From assembly GCA_951406725.2 (NCBI GenBank), contig OX597838.1, positions 9,424,001 through 9,488,000 of the forward strand: DNA of 64,000 nucleotides. Direction: 5' to 3'. This document shows, piece by piece, positions 27,431 through 40,023 of the stretch. This stretch comes from Octopus vulgaris. Lineage: Eukaryota. The translations under genes and the position numbers were made by a program. Each line of letters starts with the position of its first letter. The stretch's first letter is position 1. Below the pieces are notes generated by a model. The model saw only the letters and a program-made list of their open reading frames with translations. It was not told the DNA's origin and made no database searches.

Positions 27431-28694
27431 AAAAGACTGTTTAAAGGTACGGTCATCTTTCCTTCTGGCATGATTAGGCAAGCCATCTAATGAGAAAGCT
27501 TTGAAGTTACTCGTACATGTTCAACATGCTACATCTTCGTAAAAGAGCCGTGTTTGGCATTATGATCTGCCGTCAGCCTAACGACCTTTTTATATATCTT
27601 GAACGCTTTTGCTGGTTGTGCTTCCATCCTGTATTACCGCGATCCTCAAAACACAGGGTACGTTTTGATGATTGGCCTCTGCAGATGCTCGTGTAGGCTT
27701 ACCACTTTGGATTTTCGTTAATGAGTCGTAATTTTTATAATTCTTCCAAGTAAATCATGGGTAAGAGCTTCTGCTGTTGCTAGTATCTACTGCAAGCATG
27801 GGCAACTTCTTTCGAGAAGCGGGTTGGAAACCGCATGAGATATGGCTAACCATCAGGCGGATCACACTACTAATAAACCATCGAGATAATTTTTCGTTAG
27901 TGCCATTGAGAAAGTCACGCAGTCCGCAATTTGCTTAGGGCTTCTCTGCTGTGTCTCACAGGATTTTGAGTCCTATAATAATATCAGGACAATGAACTCC
28001 TTATAAACTTAAACATTTTTCTTGAGGCATCTCCATACATTTTATCGCAATCTTCCAAAACGCAGGGAAGTTTTTTTTAATAGTTAAACCAATGTTAGTA
28101 TATTTAATCTAATTAGTATTAAAAGCTTAATTAGAAAACATTTCTTGAGTTCAGTAAGAAGCTACTGATTCGTATAAAGATAAGGTACCATAATGTGCGT
28201 CATTCCTGGTTTAGGCTGCAACTGATTTTCCGAATTTGATGTATTTATGTCGAGTCCAATGACGTGACAAGCTGAAGAGATATTCGTTGCTAATTGCTCG
28301 CTAATTGTTGAAAGCCTGTTTTTAACTAGAACGCAGTTATCATCGAACAGAAAAAGTATAAATTTTAGCAAATTAGACTATCGTGACAAGTTTAAGTTTC
28401 TGAAGTTTCTGACAAATTTTGTAATTAAGTTTAATGCCAAGATTGCATTCTGGGAAAGCATCAGTAAGTATTTTACTGAATAAAATATTGTGGTTAACAC
28501 ACAAAGCTGTTTAACCCTATTAAGAATTAAGATAGCATTATTTGTTACCTTTACGTGATGAATATCTGAAACATTATTTGTAATAGGCTATACCATATTA
28601 AAAAAGCAATCCTAATTATCTTAACCCTTTCACTGCGAAATATACCAAAAAACTAGAATTAGCATTTTCTGCAAGTCACGTTACTTCACTAAAT

Positions 28695-28920
28695 TTGATC
28701 AGAGCCCTACCCATTCCAGGTTCCTTACTCAACCTGTCTATGATGTAACGCATGAGGTAGAGGTTGTCATGGATAGATGTGTTTGGAATAGCGCATGTCT
28801 GCACGTCACTGACCAGCTTATCAACGACAAGTGCCAATCTTTTGACTAACAGCTTGGCCAAAGCTTTATGATCTGCGTTCAGTAGAGATATGCTCCTAAA
28901 ATTATCTATTTCGTCCTCCT
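28695..28920 (-). pseudogene. Tx1/L1-type reverse transcriptase fragment
   Basis: DEIDNFRSISLLNADHKALAKLLVKRLALVVDKLVSDVQTCAIPNTSIHDNLYLMRYII matches the L1/Tx1 RT N-terminal motifs (N.RPISLLN.D.K..AK....RL; Q....P..SI.DN). Confidence 0.8.
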
Positions 28921-28939
28921 TGATCGGCTCACAGTCGAT

Positions 28940-29539
28940 TAGATTAGATTGACCCCAGTATGCAACTAGTACTTTATTTATAGACCCCGAAAGGATGAAA
29001 GGCGAAGTCGACCTCGGCGGAATTTGAACTCAGATAATAAAGACAGACAAAATACCTATTTCTATTTCTTTTACTACCCACAAGGGGCTACACACAGAGA
29101 GGACAAACAAGGACAGACAAACGGATTAAGTCGATTACATCGACCCCAGTGCGTAACTAGTACTTAATTTATCGACCCCGAAAGGATGGAAGGCAAAGTC
29201 GACTTCGGCGGAATTTGAACTCAGAACGTAAAGGCAGACGAAATACGGCTACGCATTTCGCCCGGCGTGCTAACGTTTCTGCCAGCTCACCACCTTTACG
29301 AAATACCTATTTCTTTACTACCCACAAGGGGCTAAACACAGAGAGGACAAACAAGGACAGACAAACGGATTAAGTCGATTATATCGACCCCAGTGCGTAA
29401 ATGGTACTTAATTTATCGACCCCGAAAAGATGAAAGGCAAAGTCGACCTCGGCGGAACTTGAACTCAGAACGTAAAGGCAGACGAAATATGGCGACGCAT
29501 TTCGCCCGGCGTGCTAACGATTCTGCCAGCTCGCCGCCT
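28940..29539 (-). mobile_element. SINE family B tandem/nested array
   Basis: Two heads (~29250-29294, ~29495-29539) and three ~184-bp units joined at aaatac|ctatttc. Confidence 0.85.
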
Positions 29540-30196
29540 TAGAATTAGGTCTTTTATTAAACGAGGAAATGCATTTGCAACTTGTTTTGAATATATATCA
29601 ATTAGATTCGAAACAAATTTATTCGGTAAATATGTCACCAAATAAAGAACCCGGCAAACTGCATTTTCTTTGAGCATTCTCTCACTTTGTACATGTAAGA
29701 CTTGCTCTAACAAATACACACACATATACATAGATAAACATGCATACACACACACATACATACACACACACACACGTACACACACACGCATTTTACACAT
29801 ATATAAATACGTGTACATATGTATGTGTGCGTGTATGTGTGTGTAATTATACATTTACGTACCTAGCTTTCCATCGAGTCGTGTATACATATATACAAGC
29901 ATATACATATACACACACATACGTATAATATATGGATAATGTGTGTGCGTAAGTATGTATGTATGTATGTATGTATGTATGTATGTATGTATGTATGTAT
30001 GTATGTATGTATGTATGCATGTTTGGATGGATGGATGCTTAATGGATGCTTAATCGCAGAGATGTACACACGAACACGAACAAAAACACACACGTCTGTA
30101 CGCGTGCATGTATGAACGTGCACACACATAAACATATGTAGGTGTGCGTATATACACATATATATAATTCAATTTTGGTGTTAAACAATGTATATG

Positions 30197-30282
<86 letters not shown>

Positions 30283-30704
30283 TATATATATATATATATA
30301 AGTACACACAATTATATGCACCCATTTTGTGTATCTATGTATGCATACATGCTAATGAGGCGTCACCAAAATCGTTTGAAAGACACCCATTGAATGACAG
30401 CAGACGTAACTGGACGCAATCTAGTGGATTAGATGTCTAAAGGCGTAGAAGAATCCTGTAATTTTATTTGAATCTTATTGAACGTTCCGATTACAAGAGT
30501 AGGTTTTGTAAGTAGGACATCTTATTGAAATGTCTCCGAGAAATTATATGGCAATTGACAGGGTCATTCCTACAAATTGCGAAACAGCGGTTTCTTTTAC
30601 GTATCTGGAGACGTGAGAGTAAATTGACAATTATGGGATGCTGGGGTTTTCTTCTCTGTGTCGTTTTCGTTGTGTGGTCATCGGCTTCGCTATCTATCAA
30701 TCAA

Positions 30705-30759
<55 letters not shown>

Positions 30760-30884
30760 TGCATATATACATATATATACGTATGGTATCTGTATGCATA
30801 TATGTATAGTTCTATATTGCCATGGTGATCCACTTTCATACATAGATACATGCGTACATACATATGTGTGTGTACATATATCTA

Positions 30885-30943
<59 letters not shown>

Positions 30944-31033
30944 ATATATATATATACGTATGCATGTATAGATAGATAGATGCATACACTACAAGGTAGA
31001 GAGGTATGCGTTTGTAAATATACATTTATACAT

Positions 31034-31084
<51 letters not shown>

Positions 31085-31091
31085 GACAGAC

Positions 31092-31172
<81 letters not shown>

Positions 31173-31529
31173 CACATATACAAACGCGCTCACGTGTGTG
31201 TGTGTGTGTGTAGTATAGATTAGAACTCGCGTTTGCCACATACGAATTTCAAATCACAATTCAATCATGGTTTGATCATGTGTGCAACCAATATCTTCTC
31301 CAACCAATGGCTGTTGTTCACGTGATAGTTCTTTTGCCCTTCGAGAACTTTCCGTGAGCAAAGCCTATAAATACAGTCAGCGAAGGTGCCAATATCGCAA
31401 AGTGCCGAACCGATGTGGGGTTCTCCTCTCTCGCCAATTTCAGAATTCTGGGGTCGAGCCTCGAATTGCACATTCTCTAGAACTGCCTTATTTATTTTTT
31501 TTATTTATGCACCCTTTTGAAGCCTAGCC

Positions 31530-31812
31530 GGGCTCGTGGGCCCGTTTCCCCGGTTTCTGTGGCGTATGTGTTCACCCCAGCTGGACGGGACACCAGTCCA
31601 TCGCAGCGTTACTCAAGAAACAGGAAGAAAGAGTGAGAGAAATTTGGGGCGAAAGAGTACAACAGGGGTCACCACTACCCCTTGACGGAGCCTCGTAGAG
31701 CTTTAGGTGTTTTCGCTCAATAAACACATACAACGCCCGGTCTGGGAATCGAAACCGCGATCCTCCGATCGCGAGTCCGCTGCTCTAACCACTGGGCCAT
31801 TGCGCCTTCACA
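31530..31812 (-). mobile_element. tRNA(Arg)-like SINE sharing family D head but with a different tail
   Basis: 31615-31810 is the reverse-complement homolog of 18853-19047; the tail differs; gcRcccttttRaagcctagcc is duplicated at 31509-31529 and 31816-31836. Confidence 0.8.
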
Positions 31813-31989
31813 AATGCGCCCTTTTAAAGCCTAGCCAGGAGGGGTTGAGTCGATTATCTCGACCCCAGTTTTCAATTGGTACTTATTTTATCAACCCCGA
31901 AAGGATGAAAGACAAAGTCGACCTCGATATATATATCCACATATATACATACATACTTCTATACATATGTATATATCTGTGTCCTGTTC

Positions 31990-32349
31990 ATATTGTATAA
32001 ATTTTGGTAATTTTTGCTGTACTTATCGCTCGTATGTCTACGTATTTTTCACACGTTGGTGCTGTCCTGTACTTGATGTATTTTATATTTATTCATAATC
32101 GAACGCCACTCACCCTTATCCACAGTAAGTTTTTACTGATATATGTTGTGACCGCGTGTGTAGCGTTGACGATATTTTTTCCTCTGTCTTCCCTTCTCAG
32201 GATCTTTCCTTCTCCTTTGTTTCCGACGAAGAGCTCCGCTCGAAACGTTAAACCCTCCTTCTTCCCTTCTTTCCTGAACGTCCAATAATACTATAATTGT
32301 TCCACGTCCTCGCGTTGTTGTGTTTTTTTGTGCTTTCTTGTTTGGATTA

Positions 32350-32353
<4 letters not shown>
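31990..32353 (+). mobile_element. Penelope-terminus-like element with hammerhead (32219-32253)
   Basis: GTTT-CCGACGA-A-GAGC TCC GCTC-GAA-ACGT-T-AAAC with all stems paired; same family as 24555-24738; 5' boundary uncertain. Confidence 0.75.
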
Positions 32354-32416
<63 letters not shown>

Positions 32417-32420
<4 letters not shown>

Positions 32421-32555
32421 GGAACTTCTACAGGACTAGAAGTGTTTCATTCAAAAGAAATCATCAGGAAGCTCCTTCTATAAAATAAATTAATTTACTC
32501 TGCTATGTATTGAGTACCTTATTTACTGTGGTTAACCCCAACTCAACCCGGGACC

Positions 32556-32558
<3 letters not shown>
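32417..32558. mobile_element. element with inverted hammerhead-like segment (CTGATGA on - strand, 32461-32467) plus tail
   Basis: Reverse complement cttc-CTGATGA-tttc tttt gaat-GAAAC acttcta GTC-ctgta gaag; homolog of 2114-2308. Confidence 0.65.
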
Positions 32559-32648
<90 letters not shown>

Positions 32649-33022
32649 GCATACACATATGGTAACAGATAGATAGTAAGTAATATGTGCTATCTGTATT
32701 ACAGTTCGAACTGCGGTGATTGAAATCTGCTAACGAGAGTGTCGGCCTATATACGATTACATTAGTAATTGAAACAATTGAAAAGAAGCCTTATTTCAGA
32801 CGCGATAAGTTGATAGCCTCGTTGTGGATGCACTCTTACATATCGTCTGCGTAAAGCCATACTTACACACACGCTTGGGCTGTGTGTAATCTTGCCTGTC
32901 ACTGTGTCTCTTATCTCTTGTTGCTTGCTATTTTTTGATTTGTATTTCACCAGCTTTTGTTACTATGTGTGTAATTATCGCTGTCATCGTATCATGCCAT
33001 CTCTCTCTCTGCTTCTCACTCA

Positions 33023-33084
<62 letters not shown>

Positions 33085-33266
33085 CTCAATCTCTATCTAT
33101 CTTTGTCTCTTTCTCTCTCTCCCTCTCGCTCGCTTTGTCTTTCATTCAAGCAGTGAATTCAATAAATAATGAATCGCAATCTCAGTTTTCCAACCACACC
33201 TACATACACATGTTTATATACATATATACATACATACAGACACACACACACACACACACAGACACA

Positions 33267-33332
<66 letters not shown>

Positions 33333-33375
33333 CACACATATATAAGTATACGCATACATATATACACACACACAT

Positions 33376-33590
33376 CAGGAGGTGCTGTAAGGTTCCTAGC
33401 TTTGGGTAAAAGGAAATACAGGAGGATCAATTAATTATGATTTTATTCAATATAATCTCCTTCCTGATTCACACACTTTTTCCAGCGGTCCTTCAATTTC
33501 TGTAAGCCCTGTAAAATAACTCGGAAGTTTTGGCCCCCAGCCAGGCCCTTCACGATACCCTTAAAGCCAGGAACCTTAGAGCACCCAACT
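33376..33590 (+). mobile_element. mariner-derived MITE
   Basis: Imperfect TIRs gaggtgctgtaaggttcctagcttt / aaagccaggaaccttagagcaccc; other copies at 35865-36070 and 36600-36720. Confidence 0.7.
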
Positions 33591-33940
33591 TTTATAGCTA
33601 GCTAGACAGACAGACAGACAGATAGATATGTCAGCGTATTTTGTGTGTTTATGTATACATGTGTATTTACATGCATATACATACATATAGATACATATAT
33701 ATATGTGCATGAATATATGTCTATATATAAGTGTGCGTGTGTATAATTATATGTATGTATCTATGTAGAAGATGAAATATGTCAAAACCATATTTTATCT
33801 AACATAAAATTCGCTTATGCCTAATGACCGATTAGCACTGATACTGCTGAACATGCACACACACACACACACACACACACATGCACACACACATGCACAC
33901 ACACACACATGCACACACACACATGCACACACACACACAT

Positions 33941-34009
<69 letters not shown>

Positions 34010-34701
34010 ATGTTATATATTAATATTTACAAGGAAGAGTTTGAGTGTAGTGTGTATGCGTACGAGTAAAATTCTAGCATTTTGCTCTCCTATAAACGTG
34101 AATTAGCTGACTATTTTCCACTTAGTGTATGGTTACTTGAAAATGTTATATCTCCCATAACTTACGGTGCCAAAAACAACCCACCTTACTCTCCACAAAC
34201 TCTATAGTACGTCTATGATCGCATTTCTTGGCTAAATTCAAAGTATTGACGTTTCGAATTAGTGTCCATTTACCACCACAGCTTTGCAAGTTTTAAAGAA
34301 TGACGCACATGCACGGTGAGGATTTCAATAGTATTGTTAACTCGTTTCTTACTGGTTATTCAGTTGTACTGGAAATTTAATCTTTCCTTATCAAAAGATC
34401 TTACGCCGTATGATTTTTCTTTTAATATCTATTTCATTTGATTACTGTTTTAACTGTAATACTTCTCTCGTTATATTTGCAGAAAGATTGTCCCAACGTT
34501 GCCAAATCTTCGGTGCAAACCAATTGAATGTATACAAGATACCTTGTATTTGTTATGGAGTAAAACTGAGAAAAGCGAAAATAAATAGAAATAGGTAAAA
34601 ATTATTTGTTACAAGTATTTCAAAATAACTTATACAATTAATAGTTTATTTCAGATCAGATATTATGGACGATAAAATATAGTTTGCAAATTTTTAAAAC
34701 A

Positions 34702-35119
34702 GGCGCAGGAGTGGCTGTGTGGTAAGTAGCTTGCTAACCGACCACATGGTTCCGGGTTCAGTCCCACTGCGTGGCTTCTTGGGCAAGTGTCTTCTACTAT
34801 AGCCCCAGGCCGACCAAAGCCTTGTGAGTGGATTTGGTAGACGGAAACTGAAATAAGCCCGTCGTATATATGTATATATATATATATGTATGTATGTGTA
34901 TGTGTGTGTCTGTGTTTGTCCCCCAAGCATTGCTTGACAACCGATGCTGGTGTGTTTATGTCCCCGTTACTGAGCGGTTCGACAAAAGCGACCGATAGAA
35001 TAAGTACTGGGCTTACAAAGAATAAGTCCCGGGGTCGAGTTGCTCGACTAAAGGCGGTGCTCCAGCATGGCCGCAGTCAACTGACTGAAACAAGTAAAAG
35101 AGTAAAAGAGTAAAAGAGT
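34702..35119 (+). mobile_element. SINE family A, full length, with long flanking duplication
   Basis: Colinear with 17069-17521; flank duplicated at 34636-34702 and 35120-35174. Confidence 0.9.
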
Positions 35120-35284
35120 AATTAATAGTTTATTTCAGATCAGATAAAATATAATTTGCAAATTTTTAAAACAGCTTCCTACGTATCTGTCTGCGGCTGT
35201 AAGACACAAATAAGGTTGCTCTTACCTCGAGATGCAATCGGCAACTATATATGAAACTTCGGATCACAGGAATCAGCAAAAAAA

Positions 35285-35500
35285 GGCGGCGAGCTGGCAG
35301 AAACGTTAGCACGCCGGGCGAAATGCTTAGCGGTTACGTTGTGAGTTCAAATTCCGCCGAGGTCTGCTTTGCCTTTCATCCTTTCGGGGTCGGTAAATTA
35401 AGTACCAGTTACGCACTGGGGTCGATGTAATCGACTTAATACCTATGTCTGTCCTTGTTTGTCCCCTCTGTGTTTAGCCCCTTGTGGGTAATAAAGAAAT
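35285..35500 (+). mobile_element. SINE family B, monomer
   Basis: Head plus one unit; 14-bp TSD aggaatcagcaaaa at 35268-35281 and 35501-35514. Confidence 0.9.
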
Positions 35501-35864
35501 AGGAATCAGCAAAACTCAACGGTCGTACACTCATGTGCACTCTACCCGAGCTTCTGGCCCCAAAATTTACTTCCTTAAAACAATCTCCGAAACACCTCTG
35601 TCGCGCTCGAAGCCCGGCGAAGAAAGAAACTTTTCGAAGAACCCGCTTCTTGACGTGACATCACCCCCACCCTCCACCCGGATTCCAGTTCTGTCGTCCT
35701 CATCGCTCCCTTCATTCTTCCACAGTATCATAGTTTATACACACTGCCGATAAACCAGGTGTTGTAGTATTTGTACTACGGTAACATGTTTTATGGAATT
35801 GGTGTGTTAAAAACACAATAAATACCAGAGAAACAGGCAGACAGACAGACAGACAAACACACAG

Positions 35865-36070
35865 AAAAAGTTCCTGGCTTTAAGGGTGTCACGAAAGGAC
35901 TGGTTGGAGGCCTAACCTTCCGAGTTCTTTTACAGGGGCTTAGGAAAACTGAAGGACTGATGGAAAAAGTGTGTGAATCTGAGAGGAGTATATGTTGAAT
36001 AAAATCATAACTAACTGATCCTCCAGTATTTCCTTTTACCCAAAACCAGGAACCTTACAGCACCTCCTGA
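35865..36070 (-). mobile_element. mariner-derived MITE (inverted relative to 33376-33590)
   Basis: Reverse-complement homology across ~200 bp. Confidence 0.75.
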
Positions 36071-36102
36071 TGTGTGTGTATATATATGTATGCGTATACT
36101 TA

Positions 36103-36183
<81 letters not shown>

Positions 36184-36269
36184 TAACATTTGAGGATAAA
36201 ATCTTTAAAAAGAAATTATCAGTAGTCAGCGTGAAAAACCTCGTAAGAGAAAAAATCCTCGTAAGATAG

Positions 36270-36570
36270 GTGATAAATAAAAATATATGCATACATACAA
36301 ACATATATGTACGTACCTACATCTACATGTATATATACATGCATATATAAATAATTATACGTGAGTACAGGACATCACAATAAGACGTAGAAACGGAAAA
36401 AACCAAAAAACAAAAAACAGGAAAACGAAAAACGAAAAACAATTACAGGACGAGCTACACAAGGACAAAACCCCCGTCATCAGCTGTCGCTAGTGGAGTC
36501 AGGCATGTTTCGAAGGCATAGACAGAACACTAATCCAATAGGCCTTCCTGCGAGAGAATTAAAATAAAAT
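36270..36570 (-). mobile_element. dispersed repeat, Penelope-terminus-like (copy 2 of 1772-2040)
   Basis: Reverse-complement homology to 1772-2040; gaaggc...gccttc hairpin followed by gaaac. Confidence 0.55.
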
Positions 36571-36959
36571 TCCAAGCAGCGGGGCAGAATGAGTACGAAC
36601 ATATACATGAAGGACTGATGCAACAAGTGTGTGAATCTGAGAGTGGAATATGTTGAATAAAATCATAATTAACCGATTCTCCTGTATTTTCTATTTCCCA
36701 AAACCAGGAACTTTTCAGACCGCTTGGGTCTAGGGAAACCGTGCGCGCATCTATACAGTCAACTCTTAGTATTGTCACTTGTTCGTTTACCCTGGTTTTC
36801 AGTTAATCTTTTTGCAAGGTTTTGTGTAAGGGACCTCCAAAATTATTTTTTTGTCAAGTGAAATTTTTAATCCTCCCCCATATGGGATTGGAAAAATCTT
36901 CCTTCATATACAGGAAACAAGGACAAGAAGAACAAAAGGAGCGGTTAAAACGAAAACGA

Positions 36960-37020
36960 GTGATGATGATGATGATGATGATGAAGAAGATGATGATGAT
37001 GATGGTGATGGTGGTGGTGG

Positions 37021-37067
<47 letters not shown>

Positions 37068-37140
37068 GTGATGATGCTGATAATGATGATGATGATGAAG
37101 AAGAAGAAGATGATGATGATGATGGTGATGGTGGTGGTGG

Positions 37141-37180
<40 letters not shown>

Positions 37181-37189
37181 GAAGAAGAA

Positions 37190-37240
<51 letters not shown>

Positions 37241-37272
37241 GATGATGATGATGATGGTGATGGTGGTGGTGG

Positions 37273-37309
<37 letters not shown>

Positions 37310-37373
37310 GAAGAAGAAGAAGATGATGATGATGATGGTGATGGTGGTGGTGGTGGTGGTGGTGATGATGAAT

Positions 37374-37406
<33 letters not shown>

Positions 37407-37464
37407 GTGATGGTGGTGGTGGTGATGATGATGATGAAGATGATGATGATGATGGTGGTGGTGG

Positions 37465-37510
<46 letters not shown>

Positions 37511-37681
37511 GAAGAAGAAGAAGATGATGATGATGATGGTGATGGTGGTGGTGGTGGTGGTGGTGATGATGAATATGATGATGATGATGATGATGATGAT
37601 GAAGAAGAAGAAGATGATGATGATGATGGTGATGGTGGTGGTGGTGATGATGATGATGATGATGATGAAGAAGAAGAAGAA

Positions 37682-37747
<66 letters not shown>

Positions 37748-37750
37748 AGA

Positions 37751-37814
<64 letters not shown>

Positions 37815-37975
37815 GAAGAAGATGATGATGATGATGGTGATGGTGGTGGTGGTGGTGATGATGATGATGATGATGAAGATGGTGGTGGTGGTGGTGGTGA
37901 TGGTAGTGGTGATGATAATGGCGAACGGTGAAGATGATCGATGATGATGATGATGATGATAATGATGGTTGTGAT
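36960..37975. repeat. compound (GAT)/(GAA)/(GGT) tract with higher-order periodicity
   Basis: Recurring block (gat)n(gaa)n(gat)5 ggtgat(ggt)n. Confidence 0.9.
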
Positions 37976-38205
37976 GTTGAAAAAAAAAAAAGATTAAAAA
38001 TGTGGGAAAAGAAATCAATAGAAAATATTTTTCCATTGATTGTATTATCGTAAACACTTACTAACACCATCATCATCATCATCATCATCATCATCATGGC
38101 TATTTATTTATTTATCTAGTTATTTATTTATCTACTAATTTATTTACTTATCTCTATATTTTTATCTGTACAGAAGCAGTAGCAGCAGCAGCAGCGGCAA
38201 TAGTG

Positions 38206-38245
<40 letters not shown>

Positions 38246-38279
38246 CAGTTGTTGTTGTTGTAGTAGTAGTAGTAGTAGT

Positions 38280-38313
<34 letters not shown>

Positions 38314-38609
38314 GTTGAGTACTAGTAATGAAGGTGGTAGCAGTTGAAGAAGAAGAAGAAGGAGAAGAAGAAGAAGAAGAAGAAGAAGAAGAAGAAGAAG
38401 AAGAAGAAGAAGAAGAAGAAGAAGAAGAAGAAGAAGAAGAAGAAGAAGAAGAAGAAGAAGAAACAAAAACGAAAAAAAATTAACTGTTAAACGGAAAACT
38501 AAGTGCGTAAGATAATAGACAAAAGGAGATAGCGAAATGATATTTGTTTCATTGATAAAATGAATGGGAACCCATCGAGAAATGACTCTAAATTGGAAGA
38601 GAGAGAGAC

Positions 38610-38650
<41 letters not shown>

Positions 38651-38812
38651 GTAGAGGGAGAGAGAGAGAGAGAGGAGAGAAACAGATAGAAAGAGTGAGC
38701 GAGAGAGAACTAGAGAGAGAGAGAGAGGCGGAGAGAGATGTAATTGAGTTAAGAAGGCTTTATATTCGATACTTAACACATAATTATATCTTGAATTATA
38801 TTGAAGCGTTGT

Positions 38813-38869
<57 letters not shown>

Positions 38870-39495
38870 CATATACTCATATACATATATATTTTTTTCT
38901 GTGCATTGTTATTTCAGTATACAACTATAGAATTGTTGGTTGTGTGGTTAAAATGCTAGCTTCGCAACCATGCTGTCTAAGTTTCGATCGCATTGTCGGG
39001 CACTTTGAGCGATGTTTTGTGTATGAAAGTGTATTTTACCATAGCTTTGTATCGATCTAAAAGTTATGAGTGAAACTGGGACAAAAGGAAACTGTGTCGA
39101 ATCCTGTCAGAATGATAGATGTTGCTTCTAACTCTTAGTTCTCTTGTGCCACGCATTGAATTGTTGAATCCGAGTCTTTTTCACGCTTACTGAAGCGTTT
39201 TCAATTTTCGTATGTCTATAAAAACCGTGTCTATAAAAATATATCTATAACATGGATGTCTATTAAAAACCATTGGATTTAACGGATTAAAATACGAGAT
39301 GAAATCAGTTTGTGCTGTAGACTTTGCAAAGCAAATGTCAAACATCCAAGACGTCACAGATGTAATACAGGAGATTGAACCAAACCAAGCTCTGGCCAAA
39401 CTAACAAACTACATTTAATTCTGATCATATCTGCCACATCTGCTTCCTGTGAGAAATCACTTTCTTGATTAAGGCGAATAAATAATTATATGAAC

Positions 39496-39778
39496 ACAAT
39501 TGCAGCGTGGAAGGTGTTTGTAAGCCATTTAAGAAACACACAAAAGCCGTTCGATTCACTTCAACATTTAAGTTTAATTTGTCAAAATATTTTCGTCGCT
39601 TTAAGACCGCGACCTGTTCACTGCATCACGGATGCAGCACGGATTTTTGTCAGTGAACAGGACGCGGTCTTAAAGCGACGAAAATATTTTGACAAATTAA
39701 ACTTAAATGTTGAAGTGAATCGAACGGCTTTTGTGTGTTTCTTAAATGGCTTACAAACACCTTCCACGCTGCAATTGT
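39496..39778. mobile_element. 283-bp palindrome (128-bp arms, 27-bp spacer) carrying inverted hammerhead folds
   Basis: Arms 39496-39623 and 39651-39778 are reverse complements with one visible mismatch (gtcgc/gacgc). Confidence 0.9.
39646..39696 (+). ncRNA. hammerhead fold with G3-C8 swapped core (GTGAACA)
   Basis: TTTGTCA-GTGAACA-G-G(T/A)CGC ggtcttaaa GCGAC-GAA-AATATT-T-TGACAAA: 7-bp stem I, 5-bp stem II (perfect in the left arm), palindromic stem III. Confidence 0.65.
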
Positions 39779-40023
39779 TTTCGTTTCGGCACACGATCTC
39801 AGATCAAATCACTTGCTATGCAAGTACATCTCCGTAATAATTGTATGAGTTGTTCTCAATATAAAGAGAGATTGTATGATTTGGTCTTCATTTTCACGAA
39901 TAAAAATAAAAATGAAGTCAGAGCGTGATGCTGATACACATTTATAGCAAAGCGATCGATGAATTTGCCAAAACGAAACAAAGAATTGAACAGATTTACA
40001 AATAAATTCTAAACAGTTCATAT

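Larger units (their letters stand above)
39270..39930 (+). pseudogene. decayed hAT transposase C-terminal (dimerisation) region, interrupted by a palindrome
   Basis: LHLILIISATSASCEKSLS*LRRINNYM ends at ~39492 (hAT TSASxERSFSxLxRIKxY motif); a weakly similar continuation follows 39785. Confidence 0.65.

Noticed and set aside
28511-28650. TTAACCCT starts resembling piggyBac termini
   Set aside because: No matching inverted end or transposase remnant found.
28940-29539. Regularly spaced repeats suggestive of a CRISPR array
   Set aside because: Units are ~184-bp SINE segments with no unique spacers; eukaryotic context and no cas genes.
36495-36560. Possible hammerhead in the 1772/36270 family
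   Set aside because: A stem II hairpin and gaaac are present, but the core and stem I cannot be read; too degraded to call.
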